A stretch of DNA of 64,000 nt, taken from positions 83,403-147,402 of the forward strand of contig JAUIER010000008.1 of the NCBI GenBank assembly GCA_030429765.1, in the 5' to 3' direction. Positions 1-10,528 of this stretch are shown here, one piece after another. Each line of letters starts with the position of its first letter. Position 1 is the stretch's first letter. The translations under genes and the position numbers were made by a program. A model generated the notes under the pieces. The model worked only from the letters and a program-made list of their open reading frames with translations. It had not been told where the DNA came from and did no database searches. Source of the DNA: a bacterium. Its GTDB lineage: Bacteria > Omnitrophota > Gorgyraeia > Zapsychrales > Zapsychraceae.

Positions 1-2
1 TT

Positions 3-1682
3 CCTACAAAAGCATGGGCACAGAAACATTTGGAACAGCATCGCCGGCGTGCTTATGGGAGCTTACATGAAATGTTTGGGTTGGAGAATAAGGATGCCAA
101 GCTGAAAATCCAGGAAATCGAGTATCTCATAGAGGAACTTAAGAATTCTGATCAAAAAATGGCACAAATGCAGCTATGCGTTCATGTGTACTCCAAAAAT
201 TTGGAGTTGGTAAAGAAACGTTCGAATCAGGTGATTCGGATTTTTACGGAGCTCAACGGAGCGGAGGCTCACAATGAAAGATGGGGGGCAACTTTGCCTG
301 TTTTTATCGGCAGCTTGCCTGGATGGACGAAAGAGTCATCACGACAGATAACCCTTAAGACCCGTCAGGTCGCGGACATTCTTCCTATGTTTTCACAGTT
401 TCACACAAAGGACCGAGGTGAATGTCTATTCTTCAACCGTTCGCAGGGGTTGGTCTGCCATGATTTATTCAGTGAAGACTTAGACGCGTATAACTCCATT
501 GTCATCGGCGCCTCTGGATCTGGTAAAAGTTTTGTCACTCAGCAAATCATCCAACAGTACAGCAAGAATGAAATCTGTGAAATCTACGTCGATGTCGGTG
601 GAAGCTACCACAGGCATGTCGAGCTTAAGGGCGGGAGCAATATCGCTATAGGCTTAAAGAGTAAATTCACGTTGAATTTATTTGATTTGCCGCAAGGTAA
701 CACTTTCAGTCAACTCGATGATGAATCCAAGGAGGAGATAATTAATCTTAAGACTAACACCATTGCCTTAATGATTGGCGGATTTGGGCAATTTGAGTTC
801 GGTCAGATTGTTGAAGACTATCTGGCGCACAGTATCCGTTATTTGTACCAGAATGTTGATTATCCGGAATTAAGTGACCTCAAAAATGCACTCAAGTATT
901 GTGCCAAGCACAACAAGGTGTGGACGGAAAGTCAGGATGTGATTATTGGACTTCTGGGGATCTGGTTCAAAGGTGGACAGTATGGATCCTTCACAGATGG
1001 TAAAAGTACGATCTCAATGGACAACAATGTGATTTGTTTTGACCTTAAGGGGCTGAATAACTTTAAAAAGTTACAGAAAGTTCTCTTTTCCGTAATTACC
1101 AATGTGATCTGGTCGAAAGTGATGGGAGATAAGGAAAAGCCGAAGGTTGTTGTGTTTGATGAGGCCTGGCAACTGCTGGCCAGTCCTGAAGGCGCGTCAT
1201 TCATATCCGAATGCTATAGGACGTCCCGCAAGTATAAGTTTGCGGTGATCTCTATCAGTCAGTCACTTGAGGAATTTCGGTCCGATAAAATGCTGGCGGG
1301 AGCGATTCTTGGAAATGCACATACACTGTATATCCTCAGGCAAAACAATGCCGATGCGGTAGAGAATATCGTTAAATTCTTCAAATTCAACTCGCAAGAA
1401 CGGCGTCTCATTGAAAGTCTTCGCATCGAGAAGGGCAGCTACAGCGAAGTATTCCTATCCCAACGAAAAGGAATGGGAAACGTCAGAGGGGTATTGCGAA
1501 TTTACCCGACACCGTTGGAATTGTGGCTGGCAACGACCAATCGCGATGATGTGAACTATTTCGAGAAGGTTAAAAAACAGTATCCCAAGGCGAGTTTACT
1601 CAAAATTCTTGAGAAATGTGCTCTTAAATATCCTAATGGTGTCAAAACCAGTAAGAACCGAAAAGGAGGTGATCCACAATGA
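3..1682 (+). CDS. VirB4/TraC-like conjugative ATPase (5' truncated by window edge)
   Basis: Walker A GASGSGKS, Walker B VVVFDEAW and RKY..ISQS motifs; frame is open back to the window start. Confidence 0.85.
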   Translation, partial: PTKAWAQKHLEQHRRRAYGSLHEMFGLENKDAKLKIQEIEYLIEELKNSDQKMAQMQLCVHVYSKNLELVKKRSNQVIRIFTELNGAEAHNERWGATLPVFIGSLPGWTKESSRQITLKTRQVADILPMFSQFHTKDRGECLFFNRSQGLVCHDLFSEDLDAYNSIVIGASGSGKSFVTQQIIQQYSKNEICEIYVDVGGSYHRHVELKGGSNIAIGLKSKFTLNLFDLPQGNTFSQLDDESKEEIINLKTNTIALMIGGFGQFEFGQIVEDYLAHSIRYLYQNVDYPELSDLKNALKYCAKHNKVWTESQDVIIGLLGIWFKGGQYGSFTDGKSTISMDNNVICFDLKGLNNFKKLQKVLFSVITNVIWSKVMGDKEKPKVVVFDEAWQLLASPEGASFISECYRTSRKYKFAVISISQSLEEFRSDKMLAGAILGNAHTLYILRQNNADAVENIVKFFKFNSQERRLIESLRIEKGSYSEVFLSQRKGMGNVRGVLRIYPTPLELWLATTNRDDVNYFEKVKKQYPKASLLKILEKCALKYPNGVKTSKNRKGGDPQ

Positions 1683-2074
1683 AATACATTCTAGTTTTTT
1701 CTATCTTGTTGTTATCCGGCTGCACCACGACCCAGAAGTATGCGGCAACGGGAGCTATCGTGGGATCTACTGTAGGTGGGGCGATCGGCTATCAGTCAGG
1801 TGATTCTTCTCAAGGGGCTGCTATCGGAGCTCTGACAGGCGGATCAATCGGTGTTGTCTTGGGCGAACAGAAGAAGCAGAAACTCTCCGACTATGACAGA
1901 GGCTTTGAATCGGGATACAGGCAGGGGCAGGCCGATTTGGCCAAGACAATGTGGAATCAGAATACCGGAAAGTGCGCTAATACCGGGGAGACAGTTTTAC
2001 TTATAGACGGTATTCCCAATGGACGCGTACAAGGCGTGATTTATCAGGAGCCGTACCAGGAGGTGAATCCATGA
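1679..2074 (+). CDS. Glycine-zipper lipoprotein in the T4SS operon
   Basis: Lipobox LLSGC, then GAIVGSTVGGAIG/GAAIGALTGG glycine zipper; ATGA overlap with the upstream gene. Confidence 0.7.
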   Translation: MKYILVFSILLLSGCTTTQKYAATGAIVGSTVGGAIGYQSGDSSQGAAIGALTGGSIGVVLGEQKKQKLSDYDRGFESGYRQGQADLAKTMWNQNTGKCANTGETVLLIDGIPNGRVQGVIYQEPYQEVNP

Positions 2075-2754
2075 AAAGAATAATATTGGCTGTGGGGATT
2101 GTGATATGTATTTCATCACCTGGTTATGCGAGTGACGCGTGGGCCATTCTCAAGATGATTTCCACTCAATCCATTGAGCACAAACAACGCCTTGGTCAAC
2201 TGCGGCGGCAGGTCGAGTATCTGGAAAAGGCGGCCGAGGGTATTGATGGTGTTGAGTTTATTACGGATTTTAGGAATATGCTCGTTGAAGGGGAAAGTTA
2301 TCTCAATAAAATTGATGGATTTATTCGATCAAAAACAGAATCCTCTCAAGAATGGCAGAGTATCTTTGGCAACAATGATCCCTGGATACAGGATAGCAGT
2401 CCACTTCGCGAAAATATTCAGATTTCCGATCAAATCAATCAAGACAGCTATGCCATTGGAGACAGTTTTCAGGAACTTTATCAGAACAACACGGCAGAAA
2501 TTAATCAATTAATTAGTAATTCCCGCCATGTAAGCGAGAAGGGGGCCTTGAAGCAGATCAGCGAATCATTAGCGCATCTATTACAAATGCAGAATCATTT
2601 GATTTATTTGATGTCCCAGCAATTGAAGCAAAACAGTGTGGAGTTTTCCAATAAGAACAAACAACGAAAAGAGGCGGAAATCATCCTGGAGGAAGAGAAA
2701 AAAGGTGTTCGGGATTATATGAATCTCATCGACAAACATTCATTGGACATGTAG
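2071..2754 (+). CDS. Secreted helical protein, TrbJ/VirB5-like
   Basis: Signal peptide, Gln-rich coiled coil, position upstream of the VirB6-like gene. Confidence 0.5.
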   Translation: MKRIILAVGIVICISSPGYASDAWAILKMISTQSIEHKQRLGQLRRQVEYLEKAAEGIDGVEFITDFRNMLVEGESYLNKIDGFIRSKTESSQEWQSIFGNNDPWIQDSSPLRENIQISDQINQDSYAIGDSFQELYQNNTAEINQLISNSRHVSEKGALKQISESLAHLLQMQNHLIYLMSQQLKQNSVEFSNKNKQRKEAEIILEEEKKGVRDYMNLIDKHSLDM

Positions 2755-2763
2755 GAGGCCGCA

Positions 2764-3873
2764 ATGGAGGTAATTCTAAATTTTGCCAAGCAGGATATTG
2801 AGCATGTAATTGGTCTAGGAAAAACATTGGCAGGCGGATTCCTGGTTTTGGCCTGTTTGCTAAATTACATCGCGACTGTCCAAGGTAAGGCGAATTGGCC
2901 GGCTTTGATGGTCAGTTTTGTGATGGCGATATTCATTCTACATAACTATGTCGGGATTATGGATACAACGGTGGAATTGATCGCCATTGTAAATCAAGAG
3001 GTCAATAAGAAGGATACTTATTTATCAAGTTATATCAAGATGGTCGATGATTTTCGCTCGGTCTATGAACAGAATCAGAAGGAAAAGTTCTCCATATTCG
3101 ATATCGGTTACAAACTTCTGCACAATTTGATTACCAATCTATCGTTTATGTTCTACGGAGCCGTGATCTACATCATGAAATTTGTTAGAGAACACCTACT
3201 CGGCATTATGTTTCGGCTGGGGCCGCTGGTCATACCGTTTATGGTCTTTAATAACACCAAGAAAGTACCCATTGGCTGGTACGCGAGTTTTGTGTCAGTT
3301 TGCCTGTGGCCCTTGGTATGGCAATTAGTCTTAACATATGCAGTAGAACAGGCAAGTCAGATTGACCTAAGCTTCAATAATATTGTGCACTTTGTAAATT
3401 TGAATTTTGTTGTCTGTATTCTGGTTGTCCTGACTCCAGTTCTCGTATCATCTTTGGTGGCCGGTGTGGGAATCGGCGCGGCCAGCTACATCACAAGCTT
3501 ATTTGCCATAAAACAGGCCAGTGAACTTACTCAAAGGACCGCCAAAACCTTTGCAGGCGGGATTGGCGGAGGAATTACAGGGGGAGTAGCTACTTATTCT
3601 CAAATCAAGAAAGAACTTCCGGGAGTCAGACCCGGGTTTTTCCCTGAAGATCGACTCAGGATGCTTCGTTCTGTGGCAACTGGTAGTTTAACGGGGGCTT
3701 TGGAAGGAGCAGGAATGAAATCTACAAGTCGGGATATACAGTTTCAGAGGGCAATTAAGGGTCTCAGGACACAAAAGGAGGAATTAAATGAGCCAAAACG
3801 CAAAAGTTCGGTGGCAGCTGGAAAAGAACAACCAGGTGTTGAGCCTCTTTGGATTGCTCAGCATTTGTATTAA
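2764..3873 (+). CDS. VirB6/TrbL-like polytopic membrane protein
   Basis: Several TM segments, LGPLVIPF and LWP motifs, Gly/Ala-rich C-terminal tail. Confidence 0.65.
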   Translation: MEVILNFAKQDIEHVIGLGKTLAGGFLVLACLLNYIATVQGKANWPALMVSFVMAIFILHNYVGIMDTTVELIAIVNQEVNKKDTYLSSYIKMVDDFRSVYEQNQKEKFSIFDIGYKLLHNLITNLSFMFYGAVIYIMKFVREHLLGIMFRLGPLVIPFMVFNNTKKVPIGWYASFVSVCLWPLVWQLVLTYAVEQASQIDLSFNNIVHFVNLNFVVCILVVLTPVLVSSLVAGVGIGAASYITSLFAIKQASELTQRTAKTFAGGIGGGITGGVATYSQIKKELPGVRPGFFPEDRLRMLRSVATGSLTGALEGAGMKSTSRDIQFQRAIKGLRTQKEELNEPKRKSSVAAGKEQPGVEPLWIAQHLY

Positions 3874-4342
3874 TGTCATTCTGGTCGTAGTCGTATTACT
3901 AAATACACAAATGCCTAAAATTCAATACTCAGATGAAGTGCTCAAGGACTTTTCACTTAAGATTTCGAAGCAATGTTTAACTTTTAACTCGGTATCACTA
4001 GCAAGCCAGATCGATAGTGTTCAGCAGTATTTGGGAGTTGATGTGCTGAAGTCTTTGCTGGATGACTTTAAGAAGCATGAAGAACTTATCGCGGAGAATG
4101 AAATTCAGCAGGAATTCAAGGTAACGAATATATCAGTCGTCAGATCTGAAGAGCCTTACTTACTTGAAATTGCCGGTATTCGCAGGATTTCATCAGGGCA
4201 GATAGACAATGTTGATGAAAGTGCCGCTCTCACGTACACCCTGGAGGTTCAACGTGTAGAAATAACACGGAAGAATCCATATGGGCTTGAAGTGATCAAC
4301 ATTATTGAAAATCGGGATCAGCTAAGCGAGGTGGAATCATGA
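3788..4342 (+). CDS. VirB8/TraE-like bitopic T4SS protein
   Basis: Single N-terminal TM and C-terminal NPYGLEV motif typical of VirB8-fold proteins. Confidence 0.65.
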   Translation: MSQNAKVRWQLEKNNQVLSLFGLLSICINVILVVVVLLNTQMPKIQYSDEVLKDFSLKISKQCLTFNSVSLASQIDSVQQYLGVDVLKSLLDDFKKHEELIAENEIQQEFKVTNISVVRSEEPYLLEIAGIRRISSGQIDNVDESAALTYTLEVQRVEITRKNPYGLEVINIIENRDQLSEVES

Positions 4343-5160
4343 GAAGAATCCTTTTTCTGCTGGTTCTAAGCATAGTTTATCCTGTATCAGTATTTCCATC
4401 GGAAGGAAGGTATGACTCAACGGCAGAGGTGCTGCTTGATGTTAAGCTCCAAGAGGATCAAATAACGAGGGTGTATATAAGGCCTTTGTTTGCCACCAAG
4501 TTGGAAATGCCTGATCAGATCATCCGTGCTATTCCCGGGGATCAAACAGAGTCTTTGATAAAAACCGTCATCACCAAAGACCGGATGGGGATCTACATTA
4601 TTCCCGTGGCGGAGACTGGGATTACCAATCTCTTGGTCGATACCAATAATTCAAAGTTCAATTATGAAATTATTATCGGGGATGAACGGTTACTTGATTA
4701 CCGCCTTGGCAGTGCGAAGGCGAGTAGTGAATCACGATCCCCAGAGGTTCTGTCTCAGGAGTACTTACTATCTCTGGTCAATAATTATGACGTACTAAAA
4801 AATACTAATGTCATCAGTGACGGGGTGGCAGAGACAAAAAATATGATGAGTATCATTCGACGAGATGGCATTGTCTTATATACTCATCGAATACTTTTAC
4901 ATAAGAAACCACACTACTTGTGTTTTGACTTGACGGTAGAGAATGCTACGGAGTTCTCACAAGCCATAGATTTAGACAGTATCCGTGTACATATAAAGGA
5001 TCATCAATTTAAACCAAGACATAGTGTTGTCTACAGTCGGGACTTATTGCCGAATAGTCAGACAAAACTGGTTCTTGTTTTAGAGCATAGCTTCATTTCA
5101 ATACACAACGATTTCTATTTCAGTATGACAATCGGAGGTAAGAATTATGTCTTTCAATAA
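4339..5160 (+). CDS. VirB9/TraK-like periplasmic T4SS protein
   Basis: Signal peptide, TNLLVDT motif, position between VirB8-like and VirB10-like genes. Confidence 0.55.
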   Translation: MRRILFLLVLSIVYPVSVFPSEGRYDSTAEVLLDVKLQEDQITRVYIRPLFATKLEMPDQIIRAIPGDQTESLIKTVITKDRMGIYIIPVAETGITNLLVDTNNSKFNYEIIIGDERLLDYRLGSAKASSESRSPEVLSQEYLLSLVNNYDVLKNTNVISDGVAETKNMMSIIRRDGIVLYTHRILLHKKPHYLCFDLTVENATEFSQAIDLDSIRVHIKDHQFKPRHSVVYSRDLLPNSQTKLVLVLEHSFISIHNDFYFSMTIGGKNYVFQ

Positions 5161-6055
5161 TCTATTCATTCAAGAGATAAAGCCTTCTGGGAAGCGACGT
5201 CTGACTATGCTTTCGTGGTGTTTTATAGGAGTGACGATTGCCATTGTTGTGATGTCCATGAAATCGAAACCCCTTGAGAAAAAAGACAGTAAGAATCAGG
5301 TATATGTTAATGAACAAGAACTATTGAAAGTAGTTCAAAAAAAATTAGCCAAGGAGAATGAGGTGGTAAGTATCTTTATACCGCCCGAGGCAAGCGCCGA
5401 ATTCGCACCCATCCATCAGGAAGAAATCGTGCAGAAAGGCCCACCTATTTTGTACGAGTACACAGAGGATGTACCTGTGAAAGAGGTGCCCTTCGGCAGC
5501 ATGATTAGGTGCATTTTAGTCAGCCGAATAGTAACTAACAATTTTAGTAGTCCGGTCGTCGCACAAATTGAATCAGACTTTTATTTTAATGACCAACTGC
5601 TCTTACCAGCTGGAACACGAATATTCGGGGAGGCTCGTAAAGGGATTGAGGGCGAGCGAGTCCTGGTATCATTCGGGCGGATGGTATTTCAAAAGGATGG
5701 TCAGGAAGTGGTTTTTAGCGGACGGGGAGTCAATGAAGATCTGAGCGGAGGACTTCAGGCGGTCATCGTCAATAAAACCAATAAGAAGAAAATAGCCTTA
5801 CGTATTTTGAACTTTCTGGGGGGTACGCTAATAGGGTTACAGGAGAAGGTCACTAACTCTATTACAGGAATTGATCAGATTGGAACAAGTTCCCGAAACG
5901 CGGTTTTGGAAGGGGTTGGAACAGCTTTTCATGAGGAGGCCAAACGGATTGAGCAAGAAATTGACCGGCTTCAAGGGCAGGGAATTGTCCCTGAAGGGAC
6001 GCCGTTTTATATATTTCTAGATGAACGGCTTGGGTTAGGGGGTGATGATGTCTAG
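5147..6055 (+). CDS. VirB10/TrbI-like T4SS core protein
   Basis: N-terminal TM; VPFGSMIRCIL, LLLPAGTRIFG, ERVLVSF and VPEGTPFYIF motifs. Confidence 0.8.
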   Translation: MSFNNLFIQEIKPSGKRRLTMLSWCFIGVTIAIVVMSMKSKPLEKKDSKNQVYVNEQELLKVVQKKLAKENEVVSIFIPPEASAEFAPIHQEEIVQKGPPILYEYTEDVPVKEVPFGSMIRCILVSRIVTNNFSSPVVAQIESDFYFNDQLLLPAGTRIFGEARKGIEGERVLVSFGRMVFQKDGQEVVFSGRGVNEDLSGGLQAVIVNKTNKKKIALRILNFLGGTLIGLQEKVTNSITGIDQIGTSSRNAVLEGVGTAFHEEAKRIEQEIDRLQGQGIVPEGTPFYIFLDERLGLGGDDV

Positions 6056-6293
6056 ATTACTTAAATTGGAGAGTTTTTATGTGAATTCTACAAAAATACT
6101 AATTCGAGTAATACTTGTATTTCTTGCATTTTTGGTGGTGACCGGGGTAACTAGTGAATCCATTTCTTTCTATGAACGTTTTCAAAAACGAGCATATATA
6201 CGGATGTTCAGGATGGAGAATCCTGGGTTCATTAGTTATCGATATCTAACAGAGGCGTCCTTTATTCAAATACCACAGGAAGAAACGGAGTAG
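6042..6293 (+). CDS. Small membrane protein
   Basis: One TM; fills the gap between coupled genes. Confidence 0.45.
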   Translation: MMMSRLLKLESFYVNSTKILIRVILVFLAFLVVTGVTSESISFYERFQKRAYIRMFRMENPGFISYRYLTEASFIQIPQEETE

Positions 6294-6296
6294 ATT

Positions 6297-8018
6297 ATGA
6301 AGGATTCAGACCTATTCGTTGCATTTCTCGTAACATTCATAACATGGAAACTTTTGGCGGTATTTGATGGTCTGAAGTTGACATCCGTCACCATAACACT
6401 ATTAGTAGGTGTGCTTGTGCTAGGTGGAGTCGTCCTATTTACAATCGCCCATTATATCGAACGAGCCTTGGATAGGTTGAATATGTGGCGCAATGGGATA
6501 GTTCCAGATTCAAAGAAAATGCCTTTATCATATCCGTTTAAACCATTCTGTTTGATGGAGTACTTACAACGATATTACACCGAAGGACAGAACTCAATGA
6601 GTACGTTTATTGGTTTATCTGCCGAACACCCTAAACCTAGGGAAATAACTATTCCGGATGAACAGCGATGCCAGCATTGTCAGATTATTGGGATAACCGG
6701 CTCTGGTAAAAGCGAAAGTCTGTTTTATCCTTTGATCTATCAGGATGCTTTAAAAGGCCGGCCTGTGATTATTCTCGATGCCAAGGGTGAGCTTGAAGCC
6801 GCCAATCGGATCAATGCTCTTATGAAAAATATTGGTCGGGATAAGGATTTCTATTTGTTTTCATTAACCCATAAGGATATATCGTGCTCGTATAATCCCA
6901 TTTTCGCCGGAGACTGTGATCCTCAGATTATCATAGACGCATTCTTAAATAATTTTATCGAGGAACACACATTTTTCCGAGAAACTTCCAAGACGATCTT
7001 TGAAAATACCTACATGATTCTGTATTCATTGGGTAAGCCATTTACGGTTATGGATATCTACGCATACTTGATGGATGAGAAGTGCCGTTTGTATGTCAAT
7101 GATTTGATCGACAAGGACAATGAAACGGGCAGTAAATCTTTGATGCTTCTAAATACGCTATTGAATAATCTGACTCAGCAGTACAAAGGTTGGCAGCATG
7201 TCATTACAGGCTTTGGAAACTATTTGTTAAAACATAAAGATCCAATATTTAACGACGGGGAAGGTGATATTGTTTTATCGGACATTATCCGAAATCGAAA
7301 AATTGTGTATTTTCAATTAGCAACCAATGCCTACCCGCTTCAGGCAGTGAGTGTCGCCCGTATGGTTCAGGCAAATCTACGCTATTTATCTTCACTGATT
7401 CAGTCAGGTGTGTTGTCGAAGGATATTTTGGTAAATGTCATCATTGATGAGTATGGATCACTCGCTGAAGACTCTTTTACGGAGGTTCTTAATAAGGCTC
7501 GCAGTAGCGGGATGATGGTGACCATTGCCCATCATAGTATCAGTGATTTAGCCGCAGTTTCGGAATCCTTTATGAACAGAGTGGATGAAAGTACGCTTAA
7601 CAAAATCTATTTGAAACAATCTGATCCGAAGCTATGTGAGTCGATAGCCAAGAGTCTCGGAACACATACCAAGTGGGCACCTACTTATCGAAAAATTGGC
7701 GGCCGATTCGGTAACCAAATACATATCGGGGAGTCGTCCAATAGATTGGTGAATGAATTTAACTTTTCACCAGACAAGATCAAGAGTCTTCATAAGTATG
7801 GGCAAGGATACTTTGTTTACAAGGGAGATAATACACAGGAGTGCGTAAATTTTGGTCATTTTAGAGAATTACAAAAATCACCATACAAAAAGAAATCAAA
7901 ACCGGAAAAACAAGAGGGAATCAATTTATTCGAAAAATATTGTCAGACGATGTCCGAGGATGTTGAGGATCTAGCGGAACAGTCAGTTCCAAGTTCTGGG
8001 ATAAAATTCGACGATTAG
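6297..8018 (+). CDS. Type IV coupling protein (VirD4/TraD/TraG family)
   Basis: Two N-terminal TMs, Walker A GITGSGKS, LDAKGE, YNP, IIDEY and KARSSG motifs. Confidence 0.85.
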   Translation: MKDSDLFVAFLVTFITWKLLAVFDGLKLTSVTITLLVGVLVLGGVVLFTIAHYIERALDRLNMWRNGIVPDSKKMPLSYPFKPFCLMEYLQRYYTEGQNSMSTFIGLSAEHPKPREITIPDEQRCQHCQIIGITGSGKSESLFYPLIYQDALKGRPVIILDAKGELEAANRINALMKNIGRDKDFYLFSLTHKDISCSYNPIFAGDCDPQIIIDAFLNNFIEEHTFFRETSKTIFENTYMILYSLGKPFTVMDIYAYLMDEKCRLYVNDLIDKDNETGSKSLMLLNTLLNNLTQQYKGWQHVITGFGNYLLKHKDPIFNDGEGDIVLSDIIRNRKIVYFQLATNAYPLQAVSVARMVQANLRYLSSLIQSGVLSKDILVNVIIDEYGSLAEDSFTEVLNKARSSGMMVTIAHHSISDLAAVSESFMNRVDESTLNKIYLKQSDPKLCESIAKSLGTHTKWAPTYRKIGGRFGNQIHIGESSNRLVNEFNFSPDKIKSLHKYGQGYFVYKGDNTQECVNFGHFRELQKSPYKKKSKPEKQEGINLFEKYCQTMSEDVEDLAEQSVPSSGIKFDD

Positions 8019-8019
8019 A

Positions 8020-9048
8020 GTGTCAGTTATGAAAAAGCCGGTTGTACCACAAAAAGAATACCAAAAATTAATCAGAAATATTGCTAATGTGCTGGCAGTA
8101 TCCAGACAACGGGCGGCCAAAGCGGTTAATGCCGAGCTATTGAAGGCCTATTGGCGGATTGGTAAATATGTCGTTGAATATGAACAGGATGGAAGTCGAA
8201 GGGCACAGTATGGTGAAAAGATGCTTAGAAGTTTGGCGAGAGACTTAACACGGGAGTGCGGTAAAGGGTTTAGTTACAGTAATTTAAAGAATATGAGACT
8301 TTTATATGTTCGATATCCAAAAAGCCAGACACTGTCTGGCCAATTGGGTTGGTCGCATTATGTGGATTTGCTATCTATATCTGATGCTTTGGAGAGAGGA
8401 TTTTATGAAAAGCAATGTATTGCTGAAAAATGGTCGGTTCGCGAACTTAAACGGCAAAAGGACAGTGCTCTTTTTCACCGTGTGGCAATCAGTAAATCCC
8501 CCAAAGAAGTGTTATGTCTGGCAAAACAAGGTCAAAAAGTAGATCGGGACAAGGATATTATCCGGGATCCATATATTCTGGAATTCTTGAAAGTTCCCGA
8601 GGATCACTCGTTAACGGAGAAATCTTTGGAGCAGAAAATCATTGATAATTTACAGTCCTTTTTGTTGGAGATGGGTAAAGGGTTTGCCTTTGTTGCTAGT
8701 CAGTATCGAATTACTTTAGGTAACAACCACTACTACGTAGATTTAGTATTCTATCATCGTATTTTGAAATGCTTTGTTCTTATTGATCTAAAAATTACTT
8801 CTGTAAAGCATCAGGATATTGGGCAGATGAATATGTATCTCAACTACTTTAAAAGGGAAGAAAATGTTGAGGGAGATAATGCGCCTATAGGAATTATCCT
8901 CTCAGCCGACAAGGATGATGTATTAGTAGAGTATGCCACAGGAGGCATTTCAAACAAGCTATTTGTGTCAAAGTATCGGTTGCATTTGCCTAATAAAAAA
9001 GTGCTTACAGAGAAATTAAGGCGGACTTTAGAGTTAAGTGACATATAA
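8020..9048 (+). CDS. YhcG/DUF1016 PD-(D/E)XK nuclease-domain protein
   Basis: YWRIG, GFSYSNLKNMR, WSHY, RDPYILEFL, DLVFYHR..LIDLK and GQMNMYL motifs. Confidence 0.9.
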   Translation: MSVMKKPVVPQKEYQKLIRNIANVLAVSRQRAAKAVNAELLKAYWRIGKYVVEYEQDGSRRAQYGEKMLRSLARDLTRECGKGFSYSNLKNMRLLYVRYPKSQTLSGQLGWSHYVDLLSISDALERGFYEKQCIAEKWSVRELKRQKDSALFHRVAISKSPKEVLCLAKQGQKVDRDKDIIRDPYILEFLKVPEDHSLTEKSLEQKIIDNLQSFLLEMGKGFAFVASQYRITLGNNHYYVDLVFYHRILKCFVLIDLKITSVKHQDIGQMNMYLNYFKREENVEGDNAPIGIILSADKDDVLVEYATGGISNKLFVSKYRLHLPNKKVLTEKLRRTLELSDI

Positions 9049-9070
9049 CTGAAAATTATCTTCTGAGGAG

Positions 9071-9256
9071 GTGATTGATTTGAAAAGGCGATATTTGAAT
9101 GTAGTTGAGGTGTCGCAGTACCTGGGATTCAGCGACAAGACTATTCGTAAATGGATCAGGGAAGGGACAATACCATTTCGGAAAATAAATGGCGGTATAA
9201 GATTTGATATTGATGCGATTGAAAAATGGCTTGGAACGTGTTCTCACCGTCGGTAA
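9071..9256 (+). CDS. Excisionase-like HTH DNA-binding protein
   Basis: YLNVVEVSQYLG..KTIRKW..G.IPFRKING.IRF; RBS GAGGAG; directly upstream of the integrase. Confidence 0.85.
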   Translation: MIDLKRRYLNVVEVSQYLGFSDKTIRKWIREGTIPFRKINGGIRFDIDAIEKWLGTCSHRR

Positions 9257-9365
9257 TCTAAAATCAATTGAAAATCCTTTCAAAAGGTCTATACTACTTA
9301 TTAATGTCAATGTTTTGTAGTAGGCCATTTGCAAGAATGAAAGGAGGCAGGAGAGGAGTTCACAA

Positions 9366-10391
9366 ATGGCTACTGTGTTTAGACGAAATAAGAAGTGGGG
9401 TATTAGTTTTGTAGACCCTTCCGGAAAACGTGTTCGACGTATAGTATCTCCATACAAAGAAACAGCTGTAAAAGTTCTTAAAAAAATAGAAGTACAAATA
9501 GCCGAAGGTAAATATCTTGACATAGAGGAGAAAGAAAAGCTGAAGACTCCTCTTTTCTCACAATTTGCTGAAATTTACTTTGAGAATCATGTCAAGATTC
9601 ACAACCGCACTGTCAAAAAGCATCGGTACTTCTTAAATGGGCTTGTTGACTACTTTGGAAACAAAAGTTTAGATGATATCCGTCAAGCTGATATTCAGCA
9701 GTATATTGTTCATCGTAGTCAAAAAATAAAATCATCGTCGATTAATCGTGAATTGTCGTTGCTAAAATCGATCTTCAATCGAGCCAGCGAATGGAGTTAT
9801 TTTGCAGGAGAGAATCCAACAAAGAATATTAAGAAGTTTACTGAAAATAACTCTCGGTGCCGTTGGCTTACGGAAGAAGAGCAATCTAAGCTGTTGAATA
9901 ATTGTACCGGCACCTTAAGGTTGTTGGTTCTGATTGCTCTAAAATCGGGGATGCGTTGGGGAGAGATAGTTAATTTGAAGTGGAGACAAATGCCCAACAG
10001 CAATTACGTTGATTTAGAAAATGGCGTATTCTTTGTGCATGAGTCTCTATCCAAAAGTAAAAAATCTCGCTACGTCCCAATCGCGGAATCTGTTAAAAAG
10101 GCGTTAATGGAGCATCCAAACAAAAACAATTCTGGATACGTCTTTATCAGTTATCGAACGGGCAAGCGGTTAAAAAGTATGAGAGGTTCGTTTTACCGGG
10201 AACTCAAAAAAATTGGTGTTGACGACTTTACGTTTCATGATCTTCGTCATACTTTTGCATCACACCTAGTCAGAAAAGGAGTTGATTTATTTGTGGTGCA
10301 AAAATTGTTAGGGCATGCGTCCATAAATATGACACAACGTTATGCGCATCTTCAACCGGGGAGATTGAAGGAGGCAATTGATAAGTTATAG
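9366..10391 (+). CDS. Tyrosine recombinase / phage-type integrase
   Basis: Catalytic motifs GMRWGE, FHDLRHTFAS, LLGH and MTQRY; N-terminal arm-binding-like region. Confidence 0.95.
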   Translation: MATVFRRNKKWGISFVDPSGKRVRRIVSPYKETAVKVLKKIEVQIAEGKYLDIEEKEKLKTPLFSQFAEIYFENHVKIHNRTVKKHRYFLNGLVDYFGNKSLDDIRQADIQQYIVHRSQKIKSSSINRELSLLKSIFNRASEWSYFAGENPTKNIKKFTENNSRCRWLTEEEQSKLLNNCTGTLRLLVLIALKSGMRWGEIVNLKWRQMPNSNYVDLENGVFFVHESLSKSKKSRYVPIAESVKKALMEHPNKNNSGYVFISYRTGKRLKSMRGSFYRELKKIGVDDFTFHDLRHTFASHLVRKGVDLFVVQKLLGHASINMTQRYAHLQPGRLKEAIDKL

Positions 10392-10398
10392 AAAGTTG

Positions 10399-10457
10399 TT
10401 GCCAACTACGTAGAAATACGTATAATACTATTTTTCCCAGTGGCACCGATTTGGCAC
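10399..10457 (+). promoter_or_regulatory. Sigma70-like promoter and putative integrase arm-type sites
   Basis: TTGCCA(10399)-16nt-TATAAT(10421) facing the tRNA; TGGCAC direct repeat at 10441 and 10452. Confidence 0.5.
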
Positions 10458-10528
10458 TTTGAGAATATTTTGAAGTTTAATAAAAATTAGCATGTTATAA
10501 GTTGTTGTATTACAAGAGTTTGTACACT

